This document shows, one piece after another, positions 38,999-47,894 of a stretch of DNA of 64,000 nucleotides; position 1 is the first letter of the stretch; each line of letters opens with the position of its first letter. Origin of the DNA: Candidatus Gottesmanbacteria bacterium GW2011_GWA2_43_14 (GTDB lineage Bacteria; Patescibacteriota; Microgenomatia; 2-02-FULL-39-11); NCBI GenBank assembly GCA_000999095.1, contig LCFP01000003.1, positions 93,437 through 157,436 of the forward strand, in the 5' to 3' direction. Made by a program: the position numbers and the translations under genes. The notes under the pieces were generated by a model that was given only the letters and a program-made list of their open reading frames with translations, did no database searches and was not told the origin of the DNA.

Positions 38999-39793
38999 AT
39001 GGCAGAAAACGGCCGGATCAGGGAAGCCAGGGAAGGCTATTTAACGGGCGATAAGGCGAAAATCCGCAGTTCCCATTTGCCGCACCGCATCAGGGAAGAT
39101 CTGAAACACCCAGAAAGGCACGGGGGAGCGGGTTTTAATTTGCCGGAAATAATATTAGGAGGACAGGACGGTCTGGTTAATGTCCTGGGTGTCATCCTGG
39201 GAGTGGCCGCTGCCACCGCCGAAACCAATATAGTTTTAGTAGCCGGCCTGGCAGCCACTTTTGCCGAAAGCATCTCCATGGGAGCCGTCGCTTATACCTC
39301 GACCATAGCTGAGGCAGACTACTATCAGTCGGAAGTGGAACGGGAACGGTATGAAATCAGGCAATTTCCGGAAGGCGAAAAAAGTGAAGTAAGGGAGCTC
39401 TACCGGTCCTACGGTTTTGCCGGAAAAATATTGGAAGAGATCGTCGAAAAAATCACGGCCAACCGCGATATCTGGCTCAGAGTGATGATGGAGCAGGAGC
39501 TCAAACTGCAAAAAGTAGTGAGGAAGGATGCTTTGCCGGCTGCTTTGATAGTCGGTTTTTCATCCCTGGCAGGATCCGTAATTCCCCTGACGCCGTTTTT
39601 CTTCCTGCCGATTGGAGAAGGAATTATCCTGTCTGTGACATTGTCCGCCCTGACCCTCTTTGTCATAGGTTATTATAAAGCCAAGATGACCTTAGGCAGA
39701 AAACTGGTCAAAAACGGTTTGGAAATGCTGGCAATAGGCATGGTCTCCGCGCTTGCCGGTTTTCTGGTCGGCAAACTATTTAACTTCAATTAA
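38999..39793 (+). CDS. VIT1/CCC1-family iron/manganese transporter
   Basis: ILGGQDGLVNVLGVILGVAAAT is the VIT-family TM1 signature. Cytoplasmic N-terminal domain, five TM segments. Confidence 0.6.
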   Translation: MAENGRIREAREGYLTGDKAKIRSSHLPHRIREDLKHPERHGGAGFNLPEIILGGQDGLVNVLGVILGVAAATAETNIVLVAGLAATFAESISMGAVAYTSTIAEADYYQSEVERERYEIRQFPEGEKSEVRELYRSYGFAGKILEEIVEKITANRDIWLRVMMEQELKLQKVVRKDALPAALIVGFSSLAGSVIPLTPFFFLPIGEGIILSVTLSALTLFVIGYYKAKMTLGRKLVKNGLEMLAIGMVSALAGFLVGKLFNFN

Positions 39794-42739
39794 ATGTCTG
39801 AATTCAAACTCAACCAGTCCCAGTTGGAAGCGGTCCGGCACGGCAGCGGCCCCTTGCTAATTATAGCGGGAGCGGGTACCGGCAAAACAACTGTGGTAAC
39901 TGAAAGGATCAGATATTTAATCGAAAATAAACATGCCAGTCCAACCGAAATTCTGGCTTTGACCTTTACCGAGAAAGCGGCCAGGGAAATGGAAGAAAGA
40001 GTTGACCGCATCCTTCCCTATGGCATGACGGAGACATGGATAACCACTTTCCATGCTTTCGGCGACCGCCTGCTTCGCAAAGAAGCGCTGGAAATAGGTT
40101 TAAGTCCGGGTTTTAAACTGATGACTCAGGCGGAAACAATTATTTTTTTCCGTAACAACCTATTCCAATTTGAACTTAATTACTACCGGCCCCTGGGCAA
40201 CCCCGGCAAATTCATCGAAGCCCTCCTGACACATTTTGACAGGTTGCGTGATGAGGATATAAGCCCAAACCAATACCTTGAATGGGCGGTGGGCAAAAGC
40301 CAAAAGCATAAAGGCAAAAGTGATGAAGAAAAAACAGAAACGGAAAAAAATCTGGAACTGGCCTATGCCTACCTGAAATATGAAGAGTTGAAGGTAAAAG
40401 AAGGAGTCATCGATTTTTCCGACCTGATTGCCGGCAGTTTAAAATTGTTCCGTCAGAGAAAAAATATTCTCCAAGAATACCGCAGCAGATTTAAATTTAT
40501 CCTGATTGACGAATTCCAGGATACCAATTTCGCGCAAAACGAGCTGACCCAACTATTGGCGGCAGAGCACAAGAATATCACGGTCGTCGGTGACGATGAC
40601 CAGGCAATCTATCGTTTCCGGGGGGCGGCCGTATCCAATATCATCCAGTTCCGGAATACTTACCCCGAGGCCAAGATCGTCGTTTTGACAGGAAATTACC
40701 GTTCCACGGCCGCAATCCTGGATACTGCCTACCGTTTGATCCAAAACAACAATCCGGACAGGCTGGAGGAGCGGGAAAATATAGACAAGAAACTTACCCC
40801 CGAAAGACGGTTAAAAGGGGAGGCTGTCCAATTCCTGTTTGAGGAAAGGGTAGAAGATGAGGCGGAAGCGGTGGTTAAAAAAATAAGGGATCTGGCTGCA
40901 GCCGATTCGGGGCAGCATAAAAAATATGCCTGGAAAGATTTTGCCATACTTCTTCGGGCCAACAACCACTCGGAACCTTTTGTCAAAGCCCTGGCCAGGG
41001 CAGGTGTTCCCTACCAGTTTTTGGGCCCAGGCAGATTGTTCAAGCAAAAGGAAGTAAAAAATCTGATCGCATACCTTAAATTCCTGAGCGAAAACGACAA
41101 CTCCGTCGCTTTATACAGGGTATTGAGCATGGTTGAATTTGATATTCCGGTCAGGGATCTGGCTGCCCTTTTAAATTTTTCCAAAAGGCTGGGCCTGTCG
41201 CTTTATGAAGGCATTGATACAATCAGCGCCCACCACAGGCAGCTGGCCGACCATTGGAGCCTGAAAAGCAATTACCGCATGTACCTGCCTTATCTGTCGC
41301 AAAAAACCGTGGATACCGTCAATAAATTCATCCTGATGGCGGAAAAACATCTCGGGGATGCCAAAAATGACACTGCCGGGCAAATCCTCTATTCATTCCT
41401 CGAGGATACCGGCATTCTCAGGAACCTGACTGAATATAAAACTGCCCTGGAGGAGAAAGAAGCGGTCAATATTTCGCGCTTTTTCGACAAGTTAAAATCC
41501 TATGAAGCAGGGCATGAGGATGCCTCCATTTTTGCCGTCAGCGACTGGATTGACATGTCCATGGAGCTTGGAGAAAGCCCTTTGGCTGCCGATTCCGACT
41601 GGACGGGCAACGACGCCGTCAACCTCTTAACCGTCCATTCAAGCAAAGGCCTGGAGTTCCCGGTTGTTTTCCTGGTCAATCTCGTATCTGAAAGGTTTCC
41701 CACCAGGGAAAGGGCAGACAGGATTCCCATTCCCGATGAACTGATAAAGGAAATTTTGCCGGAGGGCGATTACCATCTGGAGGAAGAGAGGCGGTTGTTT
41801 TATGTAGGGGCAACCCGGGCCCGCGACCGGCTTTATTTCACTTCTGCCAAATATTACGGCGAAGGAAAAAGGGAACGCAAAATATCCCCCTTCGTTTCTG
41901 AAGCACTGGGGAAACTGCCGGACCGGCCGCTTCATGAAGCCGACCAGCTTAATTTATTGAACTGGCAGAAAAGCGAAGTAAAAACACCCGTGTCAGACAG
42001 GCCGCCAATCGAATACTTATCATATTCTCAGATAGGGACTTACCTCACTTGTCCTTTGCAGTATAAATACCGTTATATCATCAGAATTCCCGTTCCCCAG
42101 TCGGGAGCCGCTTCCTTCGGTTCTTCCATGCATTTGGCTTTGCAGAAATTTTATGAGCTTTATAAAAAAGGGGAAAAGCCTGATGAGATGAAACTGCTTC
42201 GACTTCTGGACGAAGCCTGGATTCCTTTGGGTTTCGGCACAAAAAAATATGAGGAGAAGATGAAAGCCAAAGGCCGGGAGATGCTTTCCGCTTATTTTGA
42301 AAAAGCCTTTGATCCCAAGGTGCAGGTTGCTGATCTGGAAAAACTGTTCCGGATTAAACTGACTCCAGGCTTAAAACTGGGAGGAAAAATCGACCGCGTT
42401 GACATGCTGACTGACGGCAGGCTGGAAATAATCGATTATAAAACCGGCAAGAAACCCGGGGAAAAAGAAATAAAAAATAATCTGCAGATGACGGTTTACG
42501 CGCTTGCCGCTGAAGATAGCGGCATCTATAATAAAAAACCGGAGCAGGTAGTTTTGTCGTTTTATTTTCTGGCAACCGGTGACAAAATGTCTACCAGCCG
42601 CACCAAGGCAGATCTGGAGAAGGCCGGGGAAAAGATCATCGCCACGGCCAAGGATATTGACGGAAGCTTATTTGAAGCCAAAGTCGGACCATGGTGCACT
42701 TTCTGCGATTTTAAAATGATTTGCGAGGCCTGGCAGTAA
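39794..42739 (+). CDS. UvrD/PcrA-type SF1 helicase fused to a C-terminal Cas4/AddB-like PD-(D/E)xK nuclease with four-Cys cluster
   Basis: LNQSQLEAVRHGSGPLLIIAGAGTGKTTV (Walker A), FILIDEFQDTN, TGNYRS, and LTVHSSKGLEFPVVFL...YVGATRAR (motif VI). Then LTCPLQYKY, GKIDRVDML, RLEIIDYKTGKKP and PWCTFCDFKMIC, giving C-x(n)-C-x2-C-x5-C. Confidence 0.8.
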   Translation: MSEFKLNQSQLEAVRHGSGPLLIIAGAGTGKTTVVTERIRYLIENKHASPTEILALTFTEKAAREMEERVDRILPYGMTETWITTFHAFGDRLLRKEALEIGLSPGFKLMTQAETIIFFRNNLFQFELNYYRPLGNPGKFIEALLTHFDRLRDEDISPNQYLEWAVGKSQKHKGKSDEEKTETEKNLELAYAYLKYEELKVKEGVIDFSDLIAGSLKLFRQRKNILQEYRSRFKFILIDEFQDTNFAQNELTQLLAAEHKNITVVGDDDQAIYRFRGAAVSNIIQFRNTYPEAKIVVLTGNYRSTAAILDTAYRLIQNNNPDRLEERENIDKKLTPERRLKGEAVQFLFEERVEDEAEAVVKKIRDLAAADSGQHKKYAWKDFAILLRANNHSEPFVKALARAGVPYQFLGPGRLFKQKEVKNLIAYLKFLSENDNSVALYRVLSMVEFDIPVRDLAALLNFSKRLGLSLYEGIDTISAHHRQLADHWSLKSNYRMYLPYLSQKTVDTVNKFILMAEKHLGDAKNDTAGQILYSFLEDTGILRNLTEYKTALEEKEAVNISRFFDKLKSYEAGHEDASIFAVSDWIDMSMELGESPLAADSDWTGNDAVNLLTVHSSKGLEFPVVFLVNLVSERFPTRERADRIPIPDELIKEILPEGDYHLEEERRLFYVGATRARDRLYFTSAKYYGEGKRERKISPFVSEALGKLPDRPLHEADQLNLLNWQKSEVKTPVSDRPPIEYLSYSQIGTYLTCPLQYKYRYIIRIPVPQSGAASFGSSMHLALQKFYELYKKGEKPDEMKLLRLLDEAWIPLGFGTKKYEEKMKAKGREMLSAYFEKAFDPKVQVADLEKLFRIKLTPGLKLGGKIDRVDMLTDGRLEIIDYKTGKKPGEKEIKNNLQMTVYALAAEDSGIYNKKPEQVVLSFYFLATGDKMSTSRTKADLEKAGEKIIATAKDIDGSLFEAKVGPWCTFCDFKMICEAWQ

Positions 42740-43518
42740 TGAAAATAAAAAAACTGGAAGACTATCTTTTTAAACTGCTTCATTTCGACAAACTTCTTAA
42801 TCCGGAAAAGATTGATCCATTTATGACCAATGGTTTGATGGTCAAAGGCAAAGAGGAAATAACCCGCCTCGGTTTCGGAGTTTCCGCCTCGCTTGTCCTG
42901 TTTGAAAAAGCAGCTGCGGGAAAATGCGACGGGATCATCGTCCATCATTCATTCAATCTGCCTCCTTCAAACCGCTATGACCAGATTTTCCAAAAGCGCC
43001 TGTCTTTTCTTATCTCCCGGCAGATTTCGCTTTTCGGCTACCATTTCCTTTTGGATGCCCATCCGCAAATCGGCAATAACGCCCAAATCCTCAAGGCAAT
43101 CGGGGCAAAACCTGAGGCTCCCTATCTCTTCCATGGAGACCCCTGGGGTTTTTCCGGCAGTTTCAGCAGGGAAGAAAGCCTGCAGAAAATTATTGAAAAA
43201 ATAAAGCCGTTTCTTTCACCGCAAAGTATTTTTTACGATTACGGACCGGAGATGATCAGAAAAGTGGCGGCTGTCTCCGGCAAAGGAGCGCCTGGGCCGG
43301 GTGATATGCAACGGCTTATGGATAATAATATTGATCTCTATATAACGGGTGAAGCCCATGAGTGGAACCGGGAGCTTTTCCGCGAAGCGAACATCAACTT
43401 CATCGCCGGCGGCCATTACCATACGGAAATGTTCGGCCTTAAAGCCCTGATGGCCAAAATCCAAAAAGACCTCCCCGAACTCTCCCTTGTCTTTCTCGAT
43501 GTGCCAAACAAGGTCTGA
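42739..43518 (+). CDS. Nif3-family dinuclear-metal protein
   Basis: GIIVHHS, GYHFLLDAHP and FIAGGHYHTEMFG (GHYxTE). The start is TAATG-coupled to the helicase stop. Confidence 0.7.
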   Translation: MKIKKLEDYLFKLLHFDKLLNPEKIDPFMTNGLMVKGKEEITRLGFGVSASLVLFEKAAAGKCDGIIVHHSFNLPPSNRYDQIFQKRLSFLISRQISLFGYHFLLDAHPQIGNNAQILKAIGAKPEAPYLFHGDPWGFSGSFSREESLQKIIEKIKPFLSPQSIFYDYGPEMIRKVAAVSGKGAPGPGDMQRLMDNNIDLYITGEAHEWNRELFREANINFIAGGHYHTEMFGLKALMAKIQKDLPELSLVFLDVPNKV

Positions 43519-43610
43519 AAGTTCTATTAGACCCTTATCAATTGGACTGTCCAACTCGTCCTAATATATAATCAGCCTGGCTATTTGGATTATTTTAATG
43601 CTCTAAATCG

Positions 43611-44564
43611 ATGCTTGATAAAGAAACTAAAAGGGCAAGATCATCAGTTGTATGGGAGCCAGGATTAACTGTTGCCGATATTGCCTATCTATTAAAAACT
43701 GCAAAAATGGTTGGAAAAATTGTGTCAACGCCTTCTCAAACCATTATTAAGGAACAAGCGGACGATGCCGCTGAGATATTCAGCAGAAATAAATCAAGCG
43801 GTATACCGGTGATAATTGCCGCCTGGAACGAGCAAGAGGATCTGCCCAGATTACTGTATGCATTATCTTTGTCAGAAGGTCCTGTTAAGCCATTGGTAAT
43901 CGATAACGGCAGCGATGATAATACCAGAAAAATCGCGGAAAGATTCGGAGTGACTGTACTGGAAGAGGAGAGGGGAGGAATTATTTATGCCAGAAGGAAA
44001 GGTTATCTGCATTTGAAAAAGGAGAGCGGCAATCCATACATAGTGCTTTGTTTGGATGCTGATTCAATTCCCGGCCAGAATTGGTCTCAAACTATGACGG
44101 AGATGCTTAATAATTATCCGCCAGAAGGGGGTGAGGCTTTCGGATTCTTTGCCTATTATGGAGGAACTTTTTTATCTGATTTACTGCTCGATATTATTTA
44201 CCATAGACCTAATTTTTCCTATCCGATTTATAAAAATACGGTACGTACCCATGGCGGTAATTCCGGAATTAAATTTGACCGAGAAGGGAGAATAATCGAT
44301 GCTTTAACCAGTTTAAATCCAAAATTTGTAACCGGAACGAGTACTTATATTTTAGATGCTGTTTTAGATAATGGAGGATATGCCAGAAGAAATTTGAATC
44401 CCAGGTCTGTTGCATTTACTAGATCAGACCGATTTCCAAACCTGGTATCGGTGCTGGCTTTCGCATTTAAAATGAACAGACTGAAAATGTATAGTGATTA
44501 TTTCGGTAGAAATCCCAGAGTTGATTATTTCAACGGAAGTAGGTATGAAGAAAAGAATAAATAA
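43611..44564 (+). CDS. family-2 glycosyltransferase (GT-A)
   Basis: GIPVIIAAWNEQEDL, VIDNGSDDNT and IVLCLDADS (DxD). Markedly AT-rich compared with its neighbours. Confidence 0.6.
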   Translation: MLDKETKRARSSVVWEPGLTVADIAYLLKTAKMVGKIVSTPSQTIIKEQADDAAEIFSRNKSSGIPVIIAAWNEQEDLPRLLYALSLSEGPVKPLVIDNGSDDNTRKIAERFGVTVLEEERGGIIYARRKGYLHLKKESGNPYIVLCLDADSIPGQNWSQTMTEMLNNYPPEGGEAFGFFAYYGGTFLSDLLLDIIYHRPNFSYPIYKNTVRTHGGNSGIKFDREGRIIDALTSLNPKFVTGTSTYILDAVLDNGGYARRNLNPRSVAFTRSDRFPNLVSVLAFAFKMNRLKMYSDYFGRNPRVDYFNGSRYEEKNK

Positions 44565-44598
44565 GATATGACGGAGTTTAGAGTTTGCACCAACACGA

Positions 44599-45261
44599 TT
44601 AACCGCTTCCGTGATAGCCGGGAATGTTTGTTTTTTTGATGACGGCCGGTACTCCGGCCACAAGAGTGTTGGCCGGAACATCTTCTTTGACGACGCTACC
44701 TGCTGCTACCACGCTATTTTCACCTATAATAATTTTCGGCAGGATTTTTGCCCCCATTGCCACATAAGCCCCTTTTTTAATTACAGAAAAACCGGCCAGT
44801 ATGGCGCCGCTTTCAACGGTTGCCAACTCTTCGATTGCTACATCGTGGCCGATCAATGCTCCCCGATTTATCAGGGTAAAATCACCTATATTTGAGTGCG
44901 CGCCGATAACGCAACCGGCGGCAATAATGGCTCCTTTGGTTGATACAACAGCGCGACGGGACAAAATTGCCCCGGGATGGACCAGGCTGACGGGATGGAA
45001 AAACTTTGGCGGAAGACTGTCAATGATTGATTGGCGGAATGACGGAGTATGAATGCAGCAGGAAAAATATTTTATAGCCCGATCGTTTTCGAGCTCACCG
45101 ATTGTGACTACCAGGTAACCGTCAATCTCTTTTATTTTTTGGCCTTTCTGGTTGTCAACCGGAATTATTTGTTTGAAACCTACCAATTCAGCCAGTTCAA
45201 TGACTTCAGAAATAAAACCGGTTCTGACTCCGACAAGATAAATTTTTTTCCTGCCCGTCAT
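44599..45261 (-). CDS. NeuD/PglD-family sugar N/O-acyltransferase (hexapeptide left-handed beta-helix)
   Basis: N-terminal Rossmann-like KIYLVGVRTGF, then hexapeptide repeats (IGAHSNIGDFTLINRGALIGHDVAIEELATVESGAIL) and VAGVPAVIKK. Confidence 0.7.
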   Translation of the reverse strand: MTGRKKIYLVGVRTGFISEVIELAELVGFKQIIPVDNQKGQKIKEIDGYLVVTIGELENDRAIKYFSCCIHTPSFRQSIIDSLPPKFFHPVSLVHPGAILSRRAVVSTKGAIIAAGCVIGAHSNIGDFTLINRGALIGHDVAIEELATVESGAILAGFSVIKKGAYVAMGAKILPKIIIGENSVVAAGSVVKEDVPANTLVAGVPAVIKKTNIPGYHGSG

Positions 45262-46157
45262 AATCCCAGGAGTTTTCTGGTAGTACGGGTATCAGCCAAA
45301 GGTCTTCCCATGGATTTGGCCACCCTGATTATCCTTTCCACCAGTTTGGCGTTTGTAGCCGGTTCTTTTTTATCCCCGTCCATATAAAAGCTGTCTTCGA
45401 GACCTACTCTGATATGTCCTCCGGCAGTCAGTGAAAAAAGGTTGGCAGGATACTGGTATTTGCCGACTCCGGTTATGGCAAAGCGCCAATCCGGTTTCAT
45501 CATCGATAAAAAAAGATCAGCCGTCCTGTGGTCGAAGGGTGATGTTCCTAAAGATCCCAGAAAAATATTGATCCATCTGGGTGTATCCAGAAGGCCTTTC
45601 CTGATCAGATACAGGCCGTAATTGATCATGCCCGGTTCAAATATTTCCCACTCGGGCTGTATCTTCCGCTTTTTCATGACAGATGCGAGATGCATAATAG
45701 TCTCAGGGGAGTTCAGGCAGGCTTCCTTGGGAAAATTGAAGGATCCCAATGTTAAAGAGGCAAAGTCAGGTTTCTGACCGCCATTAAGTTCCAATACATG
45801 GCTTCTCTCCCGGTGTTTTTGGAAAATCCGCCCGCTGGTGGTTGCGCAAATCACAACATGGCTGTTTATTTTTCTGATGCCGGTTATGATTTCGGCAAAA
45901 ATATTTTTATGGTAGTGAGGTTTTCCGTCCTTGTCGCGTGCGTGCAAATGGAGCATGGTGGCGCCGAGTTTAATAACAGCAGCCGCATCGCGGATAATTT
46001 CCGGCGGGGAAAGCGGAACGGACGGGTTATCTTTTTTGCCCGGTACATTGCCTGTCAGGCAGACGTTGATGATTAAGGGAGCGGAAATCACGTGATTTAT
46101 TGTATCATAAGTGCCAAGACAGAAGATGCTATCAGATAAGCCCGCAACAAGTTTCAT
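45258..46157 (-). CDS. BKACE-family (DUF849, 3-keto-5-aminohexanoate-cleavage-enzyme-like) beta-keto acid cleavage enzyme
   Basis: LIINVCLTGNVPGKKDNPSVPLSPPEI, GATMLHLHARDKDG and GGHIRVGLEDSFY are BKACE zinc-site blocks. The true start may be the GTG near 46091. 4-nt overlap with the NeuD-like gene. Confidence 0.7.
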   Translation of the reverse strand: MKLVAGLSDSIFCLGTYDTINHVISAPLIINVCLTGNVPGKKDNPSVPLSPPEIIRDAAAVIKLGATMLHLHARDKDGKPHYHKNIFAEIITGIRKINSHVVICATTSGRIFQKHRERSHVLELNGGQKPDFASLTLGSFNFPKEACLNSPETIMHLASVMKKRKIQPEWEIFEPGMINYGLYLIRKGLLDTPRWINIFLGSLGTSPFDHRTADLFLSMMKPDWRFAITGVGKYQYPANLFSLTAGGHIRVGLEDSFYMDGDKKEPATNAKLVERIIRVAKSMGRPLADTRTTRKLLGL

Positions 46158-47034
46158 ACTGTGCGTTTACAACGGTGAAAAAACACTGGCGGCTACTCTC
46201 AGTTCCCTTTACGGACAAAAAGAGATTGATTTGGAGATTATTGCCGTCAATGACGGATCCGAAGATAAATCCGGGGAAATACTGCAGAAATTTAAAACGA
46301 AATTCGGCCGGATGACAATAGTCAATATTGGTCATTCCGGTTTGGCAGTTGCCCGTAATACCGGGATAGGTCTTGCCCGCGGAGATTATTTGGCTTCAGC
46401 CGCCCAGGATGATATATATTTCCCCGAAAAAACAATCGGACAGATAAAATACCTGGAAAAGAATAAACTTGATTTTTGTTTCAGTGAGGTTGAATTGATT
46501 GACAGCCGCGGAAGAAAAACCCAAGATAAGAGCCTTAAAATTTATAATGCCCGACTGCTTCCCTGGCCGTTGGTAATTCCGCAGGTGATCTGGCGTTTTG
46601 CCGTCTGTTCACCGACTTTTCTTTGCCGGAAGAATTGTTATCAGAAATTGAAATGGAACCCGGGCATTCTTCTTTTTAACGACAAGTATTTATGGATTAA
46701 GATGTTCATGCATTTCAGGGGAGGCAAACTGCCGCAGGTTGCCCTAAAGCACAGGATGGCCAACAGGCAAAAACAGGGGTTATATAAGCGGAATTTTCCG
46801 GCGGGTTTTTTATATCTGGAACACAGGGCAGCGGTTTTGTCAGCTGTCCTGCCGTCATTTTTCCCGGAGAAAATCTTTTCCGGGAAAGAAAATTTTTTCG
46901 GGCTGGTCAGTTGTATACTGGCTTTGCAAAAAAACCCCGGAGACAAAAGGAGTTTCATGCTGCTGGCCTCTATATATCAAAAATACGGATTTTCATTCGC
47001 GGCTAAACATTTCACTGCCCTGGCAAAAATTTAA
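46111..47034 (+). CDS. family-2 glycosyltransferase (GT-A)
   Basis: SFILCVYNGEKTL, IIAVNDGSEDKS and LAVARNTGIGLARGDYLASAAQDD. Confidence 0.65.
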   Translation: MPRQKMLSDKPATSFILCVYNGEKTLAATLSSLYGQKEIDLEIIAVNDGSEDKSGEILQKFKTKFGRMTIVNIGHSGLAVARNTGIGLARGDYLASAAQDDIYFPEKTIGQIKYLEKNKLDFCFSEVELIDSRGRKTQDKSLKIYNARLLPWPLVIPQVIWRFAVCSPTFLCRKNCYQKLKWNPGILLFNDKYLWIKMFMHFRGGKLPQVALKHRMANRQKQGLYKRNFPAGFLYLEHRAAVLSAVLPSFFPEKIFSGKENFFGLVSCILALQKNPGDKRSFMLLASIYQKYGFSFAAKHFTALAKI

Positions 47035-47036
47035 TC

Positions 47037-47894
47037 CTACCTTGAAAAATTCTCCATCAGGACTACCTTTTTATCGGAGAAGCCTTCCTTGAATTTGGTG
47101 AAACCGCGCCAGCTTTCTGAGGCAACGGGAAACCGCCCGTCATAAACGCCTTCGAAATCCAGGACCTTGGCTCCTCTTTTTTTAGCGCGTTTGACCGCTT
47201 CCCAGACCAGAAGAGATGGAGCAAATAATTTTTTCCCGAGGGGCAGGGCAGCGGCATACCAGTAATAAGCCAGTGAATTGTGGTAAAGAAGCAGGATGCC
47301 GGCAACTGTTTTGCCTTCCCGTGTTTTAGCAAGAAGAAGGTCCGCTTTTTCCGGATAAAAATTTTGCCAAAGTTTCTTCATTTCGCCCGCAATCAGAAAG
47401 CCCATAGGGTAAAACTGCGATTTGCGTACGGCAATGAACGCTTTGAGATCTTCCGACAGCTCAACTTTTATTTCATTTTTCAAAGCCCGGCGCACCGCCC
47501 GCCTTTTGGCTTCCGAAAAGGATTTGAAAATCGCATCTTCAGACCGGGTTAAGTCAACAATTATGGTGGTAGTGGGATTGTACGGATCAGTGTTTATGCG
47601 GAAATCAGAGGTCTGCAGCTTTTTTTTCTCCTTTTTATAAAAGACTGAATTGACGGATAGATGGGGAGAAATTTTAAAACGGTATATCCTGTTTTTTTTA
47701 AGAAAATCATTAAGACCGGTTAAAAGTAGTGGAGAATCCGGCCTGGGACATTTGGCGAAACTGCCTATAAGGGGAAATTTGCGCAGATACACATGACGGG
47801 AATTGAAAACAACGGTCTTCCAGCCGATACCTTCCATAAATGAAGCGAATCGGTCGGATTGCCTGATATCCCTGGCCGGATTATGTTGTTTCAT
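47037..47894 (-). CDS. FemAB-family aminoacyltransferase-like protein
   Basis: GNAT-like fold, with a C-terminal GFTKFKEGF block shared with the upstream paralog. Confidence 0.5.
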   Translation of the reverse strand: MKQHNPARDIRQSDRFASFMEGIGWKTVVFNSRHVYLRKFPLIGSFAKCPRPDSPLLLTGLNDFLKKNRIYRFKISPHLSVNSVFYKKEKKKLQTSDFRINTDPYNPTTTIIVDLTRSEDAIFKSFSEAKRRAVRRALKNEIKVELSEDLKAFIAVRKSQFYPMGFLIAGEMKKLWQNFYPEKADLLLAKTREGKTVAGILLLYHNSLAYYWYAAALPLGKKLFAPSLLVWEAVKRAKKRGAKVLDFEGVYDGRFPVASESWRGFTKFKEGFSDKKVVLMENFSR

